Shown here piece after piece: positions 49,088-59,078 of a stretch of DNA of 64,000 nt. The notes beneath the pieces were generated by a model, which saw nothing but the letters and a program-made list of their open reading frames with translations, had not been told where the DNA came from and searched no databases. How positions within the stretch are numbered: position 1 is the first letter of the stretch; each line of letters opens with the position of its first letter. Location of the stretch: the NCBI GenBank assembly GCA_021163155.1, contig JAGGXI010000061.1, positions 18,768 through 82,767 of the forward strand. Reading direction: 5' to 3'. A program made the translations under genes and the position numbers. This stretch comes from Candidatus Aerophobota bacterium. GTDB lineage: Bacteria > Aerophobota > Aerophobia > Aerophobales > JAGGXI01.

Positions 49088-49543
49088 TTACCATCCTACC
49101 ATACTCTTAATGATATGAAGCATTATATTGGCTAAGATACCTGCTGCTATGTCGTCTCCCACTATTCCCCAACCTGAAGGAAGTTTTTGAATTTTTTCTA
49201 TATTGAAAGGTTTGGTAATATCAAAAACTCTAAATAAAATAAATCCTAACAAAATAAAGCGAAAAGAGAAGGGAAGAGCAAACATAGTGATTAAGAATCC
49301 TCCTATCTCATCAATAACAATAAGAGGAGTGTCTTTTTTTTTAAAGTAATTCTCACACTTACCCGAAATCCATACTCCCACTCCGTTAAAAGCTATCAAA
49401 AATAAAATATAACTTAAAGGGTGAGGAAATATTTTTCTAAAAATTAAATAAAGAAGTATCCCCTCCACTGTTCCTATAGTGCCAGGAGCTAATGGAGCAT
49501 ATCCTACTCCTAATCCTGTACCCAATAAAACAAAAAGATTCAT
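49088..49543 (-). CDS. pgpA: phosphatidylglycerophosphatase A
   Basis: 151 aa. PgpA family pattern (GTIGTV.G...DDIAAGILANIMLHI), polytopic. Confidence 0.8.
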   Translation of the reverse strand: MNLFVLLGTGLGVGYAPLAPGTIGTVEGILLYLIFRKIFPHPLSYILFLIAFNGVGVWISGKCENYFKKKDTPLIVIDEIGGFLITMFALPFSFRFILLGFILFRVFDITKPFNIEKIQKLPSGWGIVGDDIAAGILANIMLHIIKSMVGW

Positions 49544-50088
49544 AAAATATACTCCTTGCTCTTAATACAGTATTGAATGCCAGAGATAATAGCTAATAAA
49601 GTAGTAATAAGCATTAAAATATAGATTGTCAACTCAGCAGATTTAATTTTCACTCCTAAATCATTGCAGATTAAATTTAAAAATACAAATATAATTACTA
49701 CATATTGAGCAAAAGTCTTAATTTTTGCTGATTTGATAGAAGAGGATACCACTCCCCTCTCAGCTAATTTAACTCTTAAACCCATCACTAAAAAGTCTCT
49801 TCCTAAAATTATGATTACCATCCAAAAAGGAATAAGATGAAACTGAATAAAACAGATAAATATAGCGTAAACAAGTATTTTATCAGCCAAAGGATCTATG
49901 ATTTTACCTGTAGAGGAAACCTCATTCTTTTTTCGGGCAATATATCCATCTAAAAAATCGGAAAAAGAAGCAAAAATAAAAATCAAAAAAGCAATAGATT
50001 TTCCTCCTTCTTTAAACAAAAAAAATATAAGAAAGGGAATGCATACTATACGAATTATACTTATTTTATTAGCTAAACCAATCTTCAT
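49540..50088 (-). CDS. pgsA: CDP-alcohol phosphatidyltransferase (likely phosphatidylglycerophosphate synthase PgsA)
   Basis: 182 aa. Membrane protein with the CDP-OH transferase motif D(G)YIAR...G...DPLADK. A 4-nt overlap with pgpA suggests an operon. Confidence 0.7.
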   Translation of the reverse strand: MKIGLANKISIIRIVCIPFLIFFLFKEGGKSIAFLIFIFASFSDFLDGYIARKKNEVSSTGKIIDPLADKILVYAIFICFIQFHLIPFWMVIIILGRDFLVMGLRVKLAERGVVSSSIKSAKIKTFAQYVVIIFVFLNLICNDLGVKIKSAELTIYILMLITTLLAIISGIQYCIKSKEYIL

Positions 50089-52082
50089 TCTTTTCCCAGC
50101 AAAACATCCCGCGCTTTACTTCCTTTTTGGGGGCCAACTATTCCGTCTTTTTCTAGCTCTTCCATAATTCGCGCTGCTCGATTATATCCTATAGATAATC
50201 TTCTCTGAAGAAAAGAGGTAGATGCCTTTCCTCTTCTGATTACTAAGTTCTTGGCTTCTGAATAGAGCTCATCGCGGTGTTCTTCTTTTTTTTTCTCCTC
50301 TTTTTTCTCCTCTACTTCTTTAATTATTTCCTTGTAAATAGGTTTTTGTTGATTTCTGATAAAACTTACTACCCTTTTAATCTCTTGGGGAGAGACAAAA
50401 CTTCCTTGCACTCTAATAGGCCTAGAAGCTTGGACAGGAGAATACAGCATATCTCCATTTCCTATTAATTTTTCTGCTCCTACTGCATCCAGAATGGTTC
50501 GTGAATCTACCTGAGAGGCTACAGCAAAAGAGATGCGGGAGGGAAAATTGGCTTTAATTAAACCAGTAATCACATCTACTGATGGCCGTTGGGTAGCTAC
50601 AATTAAATGAATACCTGTAGCTCTTCCCAACTGAGCGATTCTACAGAGAGTCTTCTCCAATCTTGCTCCCGCTAACATTATTAAATCAGCCAGTTCATCT
50701 ATTATCACCACTAAATAGGGAATCTTCTGCTCTTTTCTTATAGCCGCCTCCCGGTTATATCCTGTAATATTACGTTCTCCCATTGCATTAAATCTTTCGT
50801 ATCTTCTTTTCATTTCCTCAACTACCCATTCCAGCGCAGAATTTGCTTCTTTTACCTCTTTTATAGGAGGGAATAAAAGATGAGGAATATCTATATAATC
50901 AGCCAATTCCACTGTTTTGGGGTCTATTAATAAGAATTTGACTTTTTCGGGAAAAGATTTATACAAAATACTTATAATAAGAGAATTTATACATGCGCTT
51001 TTTCCTGAACCTGTAGAACCTCCTATAAGAAGATGGGGTAAAGATTCCAAATTAATCCAAACCGGCTCACCAGCAATATTCTTGCCTAGAGGAAGAAGAA
51101 GTTTAGCTTTTGATTCTCTAAATTTTTTTTCTTCTAAAAGCTCTTTTAAATAAACAAAGTTTACCTTTTTCTTGGGGACTTCAATTCCTATAAGAGATTT
51201 TCCTGATACAGGAACCTCAATGCGGATATTAGAAACAGCTAAAGAGAGGGCTAAATCATCAGAAAGCCTCATTACTTTATTTACTTTTATCCCGGGAGCT
51301 AACTTTATTTCAAACCGTGTGATTGCTGGACCTTCTTTAATTTCAGCAATATCTACTTCTACTCCAAAATCTTTCAGAGTCTGTTTCAATTTTCCTCCTG
51401 CTATTTTTACCTCATCATTTGCTTTTTCCTGTTTAGGGATCTTATTTAATAAATGGAGAGGAGGAAGGGCGAAAGAAGAATCTTCTTTTCCATCTCTATC
51501 TTTTATCATCTTGTCTTTTTCTATTTTCTCAATAGGGAAAGCTCTTTTTTTAAGAGGAAGACTCTTTCTTATTTTTCTTTTAGCCATAAGTGGGGAGAGG
51601 TCAATACTCAATAAGATTGAAAGAAGGAATATCCCGATAAGGATAACAGGAGTCCCTACTGTACCAAAGAGAGGAAGAAAAACCTTTTTTAAGAAGAAAA
51701 ATCCTAAAATTCCTCCTCCATAAAAATAAAATTTTATATCTAACCCCATTAAATAAAGGGATGAGCAAAAAGCGATAAAAAAGAGGAGTACTCCTATGCC
51801 TTTACGTGAGAAAATCTCTATTTTTCCTCGTTTAAATTTAACTATGCTCATCTTGAGCATAACGAGAGGAAGAAGGAAAGCCCCTATTCCTAAAGCAAGA
51901 TAAAGATATGCAGCTATGAAAATCCCTAAACGACCAATATAATTAGATGAAGAAATTTGAGGATGAGAGGTAAAAATAGAGGATTTAGAAGGAGTATAAA
52001 AAAGAAGACTAATTAAAATAAAAATACCTATTATAATAAAAACACTTGCCCAAACTCCATTTTTTTGTTTTTCTTTAAACAA
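50085..52082 (-). CDS. ftsK: DNA translocase FtsK (N-terminal TM segments, motor domain, C-terminal gamma/KOPS-reading domain)
   Basis: 665 aa. Walker A GSTGSGKSACINSLI, Walker B VVIIDELADL, C-terminal winged helix (ELYSEAKNLVIRRGKASTSFLQRRLSIGYNRAARIMEELE). Confidence 0.88.
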   Translation of the reverse strand: MFKEKQKNGVWASVFIIIGIFILISLLFYTPSKSSIFTSHPQISSSNYIGRLGIFIAAYLYLALGIGAFLLPLVMLKMSIVKFKRGKIEIFSRKGIGVLLFFIAFCSSLYLMGLDIKFYFYGGGILGFFFLKKVFLPLFGTVGTPVILIGIFLLSILLSIDLSPLMAKRKIRKSLPLKKRAFPIEKIEKDKMIKDRDGKEDSSFALPPLHLLNKIPKQEKANDEVKIAGGKLKQTLKDFGVEVDIAEIKEGPAITRFEIKLAPGIKVNKVMRLSDDLALSLAVSNIRIEVPVSGKSLIGIEVPKKKVNFVYLKELLEEKKFRESKAKLLLPLGKNIAGEPVWINLESLPHLLIGGSTGSGKSACINSLIISILYKSFPEKVKFLLIDPKTVELADYIDIPHLLFPPIKEVKEANSALEWVVEEMKRRYERFNAMGERNITGYNREAAIRKEQKIPYLVVIIDELADLIMLAGARLEKTLCRIAQLGRATGIHLIVATQRPSVDVITGLIKANFPSRISFAVASQVDSRTILDAVGAEKLIGNGDMLYSPVQASRPIRVQGSFVSPQEIKRVVSFIRNQQKPIYKEIIKEVEEKKEEKKKEEHRDELYSEAKNLVIRRGKASTSFLQRRLSIGYNRAARIMEELEKDGIVGPQKGSKARDVLLGKE

Positions 52083-52225
52083 AAATTTTATCCCTTTTTT
52101 TGAAGTAATTCAAACTATATTCTAACAGATATAGCAAGAAAAAGCAAGAAATAGGGGGTCAAGTCTCAACATTTGACATTTCGTGCAGATGAGAATATCA
52201 TAAAAGATGATATCAGGAGGTTGGT

Positions 52226-52753
52226 ATGCTAAATGAGAAATTAATAAGGTTATTGTCGGTTTTATTCGTTTTATTAATTCAGTATATTGTATTTCCAAAT
52301 GTTCTTTTGGCTGGAAATGTAGTGATAAATGAATTTGACCTCAATCCTGCAGGAAGAGATGCCGGTAATGAGTGGGTTGTGCTCTACAACCCAAATGAGA
52401 TTAGCGTAGATGTAAGCAGATGGACTTTGGAAGCTACACATGGAAAAGCAGTAACTATTAAGATACCTCAAGGCACTACAATATCTTCAAGAGGTTACTG
52501 GACTTATGTTCATTCAAGTCAATGGTTGGATAACCAGAATGAGTTGATTATACTAAGAGATGTAAAAGGCGTAGAGGTAGATAGAACTCTGGTGGCAAGC
52601 GATAGAGATAATGATAATCGCTACTGGGCAAGGTGTCCAGATGGCTTAGATACAGATTCAGATTCGGATTGGCGGTTTAAGGGGCGTGCATTATCAAAAG
52701 GGATAGTCGTAAGGGGAACGGTTGCGACCGTTCCCTACGCAAGGGACGATTAG
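52226..52753 (+). CDS. secreted lamin-tail-domain (LTD) protein
   Basis: 175 aa. Signal peptide, then the LTD pattern VVINEFDLNPAGRDAGNEWVVLYNPNEISVDVSRWTL. The last about 15 codons and the TAG stop overlap a GC-rich hairpin (GGAACGGTTGCGACCGTTCC) and a REP fragment. Confidence 0.6.
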   Translation: MLNEKLIRLLSVLFVLLIQYIVFPNVLLAGNVVINEFDLNPAGRDAGNEWVVLYNPNEISVDVSRWTLEATHGKAVTIKIPQGTTISSRGYWTYVHSSQWLDNQNELIILRDVKGVEVDRTLVASDRDNDNRYWARCPDGLDTDSDSDWRFKGRALSKGIVVRGTVATVPYARDD

Positions 52754-52788
52754 CCTCGCGGCTACCATTTTTTTCGTGCAAAAGTTGG

Positions 52789-52817
52789 TTGACAAAAGGG
52801 GTTTTTTTATGTATTAT
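52789..52817 (+). promoter_or_regulatory. sigma-70 consensus promoter TTGACA-N17-TATTAT, about 340 nt upstream of porG
   Basis: TTGACA at 52789-52794, a 17-nt spacer and TATTAT at 52812-52817. The downstream leader contains a (GAATA)n microsatellite and REP-family fragments. Confidence 0.45.
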
Positions 52818-53158
52818 TTATCCTGAATTTGGTAAACTATTAGAGTGTCTTCTGCGTAGAGTTCAGCAGTCAGAAGCCAGAATTTAGAATAGAATAGAAT
52901 AGAAATAGGGGATAGAATACAAAGTGCGGCTACCAATTTTACCCTTTATTTCCCCTCTGTGGAGGAGAAATATTACCTTTGGGACGTAGTTCACTGAATA
53001 TTTATGTAAAGCAAGAGTTAGAGGTAATTGGGAGGCTAAAGCCTCCCCTCCCCTGTAGAGAGCTTTAATAGGTTGTCGAATTATGGGCTAAAGTTAGTAC
53101 AGGGTGCCTAAATAGTTACATATTTAAATTAAATTTTAAAAAGGAGAAAGGAGATCTA

Positions 53159-53731
53159 ATGAAAAAAATTACCGAGATTCGATGGCATGGAAGGGGAGGG
53201 CAGGGAGCGAAAACATCTGCTTTAACTTTAGCTTCTTCTGCCTTAGATGAGGGGAAATATATTCAGGGGTTTCCTGAATATGGTCCAGAGCGGATGGGGG
53301 CACCTATACAATCTTTTACAAGAATAAGTGATAACCCGATAACTGTTCATGCTCATGTAGTTAATCCTGATGCAGTGGTAGTCCTTGACTATACTTTATT
53401 GGATATTATGGATGTCGCTGCAGGTTTAACAGAAGAAGGTGTGATTCTTGTAAATACTTCCAAATCCCCTAAAGAAATCAGAGAAAAATTGAATTTGAAT
53501 AAAAGAAAAGTTTTTACTGTGGATGCTACTTCCATATCTCTGGACATCTTAGGAAGAAACTTACCTAATACCCCAATGTTGGGAGCTTTAATTAAGGCAA
53601 CCAGTATCTTAAATCTGGAGACGGTTATAGCTAATGTGAAGAAAAAATTTGAAAAGAAATTTAGCTCTAAGATAGTAGATGGTAATATTCAGGCAGTTAA
53701 GAAAGCTTATGAGGAGGTACAATCGGAATGA
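53159..53731 (+). CDS. porG: pyruvate/2-oxoacid:ferredoxin oxidoreductase gamma subunit
   Basis: 190 aa. [22 protein letters not shown], the typical PorG N-terminus. Confidence 0.88.
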   Translation: MKKITEIRWHGRGGQGAKTSALTLASSALDEGKYIQGFPEYGPERMGAPIQSFTRISDNPITVHAHVVNPDAVVVLDYTLLDIMDVAAGLTEEGVILVNTSKSPKEIREKLNLNKRKVFTVDATSISLDILGRNLPNTPMLGALIKATSILNLETVIANVKKKFEKKFSSKIVDGNIQAVKKAYEEVQSE

Positions 53732-54030
53732 AAGAAAAAGGATGGAAAGAAATTCCCATAGGGGGACTTATTTTAAAAGCGGGAAATGCAGAGGAGTATA
53801 AAACAGGGGATTGGAGAACATTTAGACCAGTAAGAGATGAGGAAAAGTGTACCAATTGTCTTATCTGTTGGATTTATTGTCCGGATTCCTCTATTATAGT
53901 GGAAGATGGGAAAGTCAAGGGTATTAGATACGATTATTGTAAGGGATGCGGAATTTGCGCCACAGAATGTCCAGTAGAGGCTATAAAGATGGTAGAAGAG
54001 AGCGAATTTCGTAAGAAGGGAGGAGAGTAA
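53728..54030 (+). CDS. porD: pyruvate:ferredoxin oxidoreductase delta subunit (2x[4Fe-4S] ferredoxin)
   Basis: 100 aa. Two CxxCxxCxxxCP motifs ([24 protein letters not shown]). Confidence 0.88.
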   Translation: MKEKGWKEIPIGGLILKAGNAEEYKTGDWRTFRPVRDEEKCTNCLICWIYCPDSSIIVEDGKVKGIRYDYCKGCGICATECPVEAIKMVEESEFRKKGGE

Positions 54031-54031
54031 A

Positions 54032-55213
54032 ATGGGAAGAATAGTTGGTTTGACTGGCGATGAGACAGCAGCTGAGGTTATGCGGCAGATAAACCCGGAT
54101 GTTTTAGCTGCTTATCCTATTACTCCGCAGACAGAAACAGTGCAAAGATTTTCTGAATTTGTTGCCGATGGTAAAGTCTCTACAGAAATGGTGAGAGTAG
54201 AAAGTGAGCAATCAGCGATGAGTGCCTGTATTGGGGCGGCGGCGGCGGGAGCAAGAGCAATGACAGCTACCTCAGCTAATGGTTTGGCTTTAATGTGGGA
54301 GATTGTTTATATTGCTGCTTCCTGTAGACTGCCTATTGCAATGGTTGTAGTAAATAGAGCATTAAGTGGTCCTATTAATATTCACTGTGACCATTCTGAT
54401 TCTATGGGAGCACGAGATTCTGGATGGATTCAGATTTATAGTGAGAATTGTCAAGAAATTTATGATAATCTTATTCAAGCTGTGCGTATTGGAGAAAACA
54501 GAGAGGTTCTTCTCCCTGTAATGGTTACCTTTGATGGATTTATTATCTCCCATTGTACTGAACGGCTGGAACTTTTGGAAGATAAAAAAGTGAGAGATTT
54601 TGTAGGGGAATACAAAAATAGTTATCCCCTTCTTAATGTAGATAATCCGATAACTTATGGTCCTCTTGACTTATTCGATTACTATTTTGAGCATAAGAGA
54701 CAGCAGATAGAAGCTATGGAGAAAGTGCCACAGGTTATTCAAAGAGTAGGCGAAGAGTTTGAAAAATTAAGTGGGCGCACTTATAGTTTAATGGAGGAGT
54801 ACAAAACTGAGGATGCAGATTTCATTTTAGTGGCTGCTGGCTCTACCGCAGGAACAGTAAAGACGGCCATAGAAGAGTTAAGAGAGGAAGGTATTAAGGC
54901 AGGGCTTTTAAAGATAAGGGTTTTTCGTCCATTTCCAGTGGCAAAGATTTGTCAGGTTTTAAAGAAAGCTAAAGCAGTAGCTGTTCTGGATAGATCTGCT
55001 TCTTTTGGTGCTCAAGGAGGACCTATATTTTTAGAAGTGAGGTCGGCTCTTTTTGGAGAAGAGAGAAAATTACCTGTAATAAATTACATCTATGGATTAG
55101 GAGGAAGGGACATCAGTATAGAACAGATTAAAGGAGTCTATAGAAATCTTCAAAAAATTGCTGATACAGGAAAAGTAAAAAAATTGGTAGATTGTATTGG
55201 ATTGAGAGAATAA
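54032..55213 (+). CDS. porA: pyruvate:ferredoxin oxidoreductase alpha subunit
   Basis: 393 aa. PorA pattern (LTGDETAAEVMRQINPDVLAAYPITPQTE...). Start overlaps or abuts porD. Confidence 0.9.
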   Translation: MGRIVGLTGDETAAEVMRQINPDVLAAYPITPQTETVQRFSEFVADGKVSTEMVRVESEQSAMSACIGAAAAGARAMTATSANGLALMWEIVYIAASCRLPIAMVVVNRALSGPINIHCDHSDSMGARDSGWIQIYSENCQEIYDNLIQAVRIGENREVLLPVMVTFDGFIISHCTERLELLEDKKVRDFVGEYKNSYPLLNVDNPITYGPLDLFDYYFEHKRQQIEAMEKVPQVIQRVGEEFEKLSGRTYSLMEEYKTEDADFILVAAGSTAGTVKTAIEELREEGIKAGLLKIRVFRPFPVAKICQVLKKAKAVAVLDRSASFGAQGGPIFLEVRSALFGEERKLPVINYIYGLGGRDISIEQIKGVYRNLQKIADTGKVKKLVDCIGLRE

Positions 55214-55228
55214 ATATGGAGGATAAAT

Positions 55229-56164
55229 ATGCCATCTCTTAAAGTTTTATCTAAAAAGGAAGATTTATTGAGTAGTGGTCACAGGCTTTGTCCTGGTTGC
55301 GGTGCTTCTATTATAGTAAGACAGGCGCTCTTAGCTTCAGAAAAACCAGTAGTGGTAGCTTGTGCTACAGGATGTTTAGAGGTTGCTACTACCATTTATC
55401 CCTTCACTGCATGGAAAACTCCTTTTATCCATAATGCTTTTGAGAATGCAGCTTCTACCTTATCAGGTGTGGAGGCAGCTTATTGTTCGTTAAAAAAACA
55501 GGGCAAGATAGATAAAGAGATTAATTTTATTGCTTTTGGGGGTGATGGGGGAACCTATGATATAGGAATTCAGGCTTTATCTGGAGCCATGGAAAGAGGA
55601 CATAACTTTCTTTATATCTGTTACGATAATGAAGCTTATATGAATACAGGAATTCAACGTTCCAGTGCCAGTCCTCGAGGTGCGGCAACTACTACCTCAC
55701 CCGTAGGTAAAGCTGCTCCTGAAGGAAAACAGGAGTATAGAAAGGATTTAACTCAGATTATGGTTGCCCATAATTCTCCTTACGTAGCTCAGGCAAGTCC
55801 CGGTTATTATAATGATTTAATGAAAAAGGTTGAAAAGGCTTTATCTATAGAAGGACCCACTTTTATTGATGTTCTTTCTCCTTGCCCAAGAGGATGGAGG
55901 TATGATGCCTCTCGAACTATAGAGATTGCAAAACTGGCTGTACTTACAGGATTTTGGCCTTTGTATGAGGTAGAAAATGGTAAATACAGAATTACCTATA
56001 AACCTAAAAAGAAGAGAAAGCCTTTTAAGGAGTGGTTAAAATCTCAGGGTAGATTTAAACATCTATTAAAAGAAGAGAATAAAGAAATAGTGGAACAACT
56101 GGAAAAAAGAACTATGGAGAAAGAAAAGGCTTTATACGCTTTAGCAGGAGAAGAGTTCTTATAA
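55229..56164 (+). CDS. porB: pyruvate:ferredoxin oxidoreductase beta subunit (TPP-binding)
   Basis: 311 aa. CPGCG near the N-terminus, TPP-binding GGDGGTYDIG...N motif. Confidence 0.9.
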   Translation: MPSLKVLSKKEDLLSSGHRLCPGCGASIIVRQALLASEKPVVVACATGCLEVATTIYPFTAWKTPFIHNAFENAASTLSGVEAAYCSLKKQGKIDKEINFIAFGGDGGTYDIGIQALSGAMERGHNFLYICYDNEAYMNTGIQRSSASPRGAATTTSPVGKAAPEGKQEYRKDLTQIMVAHNSPYVAQASPGYYNDLMKKVEKALSIEGPTFIDVLSPCPRGWRYDASRTIEIAKLAVLTGFWPLYEVENGKYRITYKPKKKRKPFKEWLKSQGRFKHLLKEENKEIVEQLEKRTMEKEKALYALAGEEFL

Positions 56165-56971
56165 TTTTTTTCTTGCTTCTTCAAAGAAAGGTTGGGCGAA
56201 AGAGGTTGTCCATGTTCTTTCCTTGAAGGTTCTCTTTCTTAAAGTATCTAAAAATCCCTTAAATTGTTGATAGTAAGAGCCATAAATATGATAGCTATCA
56301 GCAATGTGAATATATTTACCTACGGTAATGGTGGTTTTCATCTTTTTACTAATTTTATCAGCTACCATTTTTTGAAGTTCTGTAAAGGCAAACATGTTCA
56401 TAAAGGCTGCCTTAAAGGCATCGTTGCTTCTGAGGTGAACATTTAGTTGAAGTTTTTTACCAAAAATTCTAAACCAACAACGTTGCAGACAGGGAGGGTC
56501 GTTAGATTTAGGGTCAAGCCAACATTTCCAGGTTGTTGCTTGTGCCCTTCGAGAGTGAGGGACCTTAGATAATTTGTCCACAATGAAATCTATCTGATTG
56601 ATGGATTGAGAAAATGAAGGAGGAAGGTAATTAAATAAGCGTTCATGATAGGTGTATTCCCACTTACCTTCCTCCGGTTTAATCCAGCTGTCGTGAATCC
56701 CAAAGATAACTTCTTGACGGTAAACCTCTAAATCATTCAATCCCGCAGGAAAAGCTCGATGTAGCCGTGGTTCTTTAAAAGGATAGGACACTTCTATAAT
56801 TATGGTGCAGTCTTTACCTGGAGGGTCTTCTGGTCTATCGTATTCTGTTTTAATTTCTATTCCTTTGTTCCAGCACTCTACCACAGATTTTTCCCAGGCT
56901 GCAGGTAAAGTCTCTTCCCGCACTATAATTACAGGAGAACCACTAATTTCGTTATTTATTTTCTTACTCAT
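56159..56971 (-). CDS. thyA: thymidylate synthase family protein, divergent archaeal-type ThyA (PCL instead of PCH)
   Basis: 270 aa. The segment RRAQATTWKCWLDP...PPCLQRCWFRI...LQLNVHLRSNDAFKAAFMNMFAFTELQKMVA...GKYIHIADSYHIY parallels ThyA PPCH..FQFYV...[24 protein letters not shown]...GEFIHTLGDAHIY. Confidence 0.6.
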   Translation of the reverse strand: MSKKINNEISGSPVIIVREETLPAAWEKSVVECWNKGIEIKTEYDRPEDPPGKDCTIIIEVSYPFKEPRLHRAFPAGLNDLEVYRQEVIFGIHDSWIKPEEGKWEYTYHERLFNYLPPSFSQSINQIDFIVDKLSKVPHSRRAQATTWKCWLDPKSNDPPCLQRCWFRIFGKKLQLNVHLRSNDAFKAAFMNMFAFTELQKMVADKISKKMKTTITVGKYIHIADSYHIYGSYYQQFKGFLDTLRKRTFKERTWTTSFAQPFFEEARKKL

Positions 56972-57027
56972 AAGATTATCCTTTTATTGTAGTAGGTAAT
57001 ATCAAAAATAATCTTTTTTGGAATTGG

Positions 57028-57378
57028 TAGCCGCGAGACTCAGAGCCTGCGAGGATAGATATATACGCAACTTAAAAGTTGCGGCTACCACTTTTCATTT
57101 AGGATAATTTCCTCTCCCTATATAATTCTTTTTTCTTTTTTAGTTTTTCTTTCTCTCTTTTTCTTTCTCTCTTTTTCTCTAATCCTTCTTTTTTGCCCTT
57201 CACGTCTCACTTTTTACGTCTTACGTCTCACTGTTTTGCCTAATCCTTTAATCCTGCTTTTACGCAGGCTAAAGCCTGCGGCTACCGTATCTCCTTCCCT
57301 CTAATCCTGCTTTTTTGTTTCTGTTTTTTCTTGGTTTTCCCTTTAATCCTCTAATCCTTTAATCCTTTAATCCTGCTT
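57028..57378 (-). repeat. about 350-bp composite: REPIN doublet (57028-57095), T-rich microsatellites, a REP core (57255-57290) and CTAATCC arrays abutting the gatA stop
   Basis: GGTAGCCGCGAGACTCAGAGCCTGCG...CGCAACTTAAAAGTTGCGGCTACC, then ...CTTTTACGCAGGCTAAAGCCTGCGGCTACCG...CTTTAATCCTCTAATCCTTTAATCCTTTAATCCTGC. Confidence 0.85.
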
Positions 57379-58896
57379 TTAGAGGTTAGGTATTTTTTTA
57401 TGCCATTCAGTGTTCTGTTCATATGCATAAGCGACTCTCAATATCATTTCTTCCTCGAGAGGTTTTCCTAAAATTTGGAGTCCAATAGGTAAATTATCCT
57501 TACCAAACCCACAGGGAATAGATATTCCCGGTATTCCTGCAAGATTGGCTGGGGTATTGAATATATCTGAAAGGTACATTTTAAGGGGGTCATCTGTTTT
57601 TTCTCCTACCTTAAAAGCTACTGTAGGAGAAGTAGGAGTAATTATAACATCGAAATTCTGGAATGCTTTATCAAAATCTTCTTTAATAAGAGTGCGCACC
57701 CTTTGTGCTTTCCCATAATAGTCTTCATAGTAACCCTTACTTAAAACATAAGTTCCCAGCATTATTCTTCTTTTTACTTCATCTCCAAATCCTTCCTGGC
57801 GAGTCTTCTTATACATTTCTATAAGGTTGGTTTTTTCTTTGGTACGATGTCCATATTCTACACCGTCATATCGAGATAGGTTAGAACTTGCCTCAGCAGT
57901 AGCAATGAGATAATAGGTAGCTATAGCGTAGTCTGTATGCGGAAGAGATATTTCTTCAGTTTTAGCCCCTAAGTCAGTGAGTACGTTAATTGCTGCAGAG
58001 AAGCTTTTTTTAACTTCTTTCTCCATTCCGGGAATAAGATACTCTTTGGGAAGACCTATCTTTATTCCTTTAATATCGGGAATGAGAGATTGTAAGTAAT
58101 CGGGAACAGGATGATTTAAGGATGTAGAATCAAATTCATCTTTTCCGCTAATTATTTTTAGAAGTTGTGCACAGTCCGTAACATCTCTAGTAATTGGTCC
58201 AATCTGGTCTAATGAGGAAGCAAAGGCAATTAATCCATAACGGGAGACCCTTCCATAGGTTGGTTTTAGACCGACTACTCCACAAAGAGAGGCTGGTTGA
58301 CGAATAGATCCTCCTGTGTCTGAACCCAAAGCAAGAGGAGCCTCTCCGCTGGCTACAGCAGCTGTCGATCCTCCGCTGGAACCTCCCGGAATAGTATTTA
58401 TGTTCCATGGATTACGGGTTATTTGGAAGGCAGAGTTTTCAGTAGAGGACCCCATAGCAAATTCATCCAGGTTTGTCTTTCCTATAAAGATAACTCCTGC
58501 TTCCTTTAATTTTTTTATTACTGTGGCAGAATAAGGAGGATGAAAACCTTTAAGGATACGGGAAGCACAGGTAGTCTCGTTTTTATGTATGCAGATAATA
58601 TCTTTGATAGCGATAGGGATGCCTGTTAAAGGCTTTATCTCTTCTCCCTGTGATATCATCTTATCCCATTTCTTAGCTTCTTTTAAAGATTCATCTTTAT
58701 TAATAAAGAGAAAAGCTTTTATCTTATCTTCTACCATTTCTATGTGTTTAAGAAAAGAAGTAGCCACTTCTTCTACAGAAACCTTTTTATCTTTGATTAA
58801 TTGGTGGAGATTATGAGCAGGAAGCTTATAAAGTTCCAATTTTTTCTCCTTTTTTAGATTTGGTTTATATCCTATTATTTTTCTCTGTTCTGTCAA
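57379..58896 (-). CDS. gatA: Asp-tRNA(Asn)/Glu-tRNA(Gln) amidotransferase subunit A
   Basis: 505 aa. Amidase signature [33 protein letters not shown] with a Ser-cisSer-Lys triad. Confidence 0.9.
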   Translation of the reverse strand: MTEQRKIIGYKPNLKKEKKLELYKLPAHNLHQLIKDKKVSVEEVATSFLKHIEMVEDKIKAFLFINKDESLKEAKKWDKMISQGEEIKPLTGIPIAIKDIICIHKNETTCASRILKGFHPPYSATVIKKLKEAGVIFIGKTNLDEFAMGSSTENSAFQITRNPWNINTIPGGSSGGSTAAVASGEAPLALGSDTGGSIRQPASLCGVVGLKPTYGRVSRYGLIAFASSLDQIGPITRDVTDCAQLLKIISGKDEFDSTSLNHPVPDYLQSLIPDIKGIKIGLPKEYLIPGMEKEVKKSFSAAINVLTDLGAKTEEISLPHTDYAIATYYLIATAEASSNLSRYDGVEYGHRTKEKTNLIEMYKKTRQEGFGDEVKRRIMLGTYVLSKGYYEDYYGKAQRVRTLIKEDFDKAFQNFDVIITPTSPTVAFKVGEKTDDPLKMYLSDIFNTPANLAGIPGISIPCGFGKDNLPIGLQILGKPLEEEMILRVAYAYEQNTEWHKKIPNL

Positions 58897-59078
58897 CTTG
58901 ATGAGATTTCTGAAAAAGTCAGAAATCTCTAAAAATCAGTGTAATCATTTTTGAAAATCTGTGTTTACCCCATGAAATAGAGTATTTCACGGGGTGAATC
59001 AGGGGCCTCTCGATAGGGTTTTGACTTTTGGGGTGATTTTATTAAACTAAAACTATCTTATGCGATTGGAGCAGAAAG

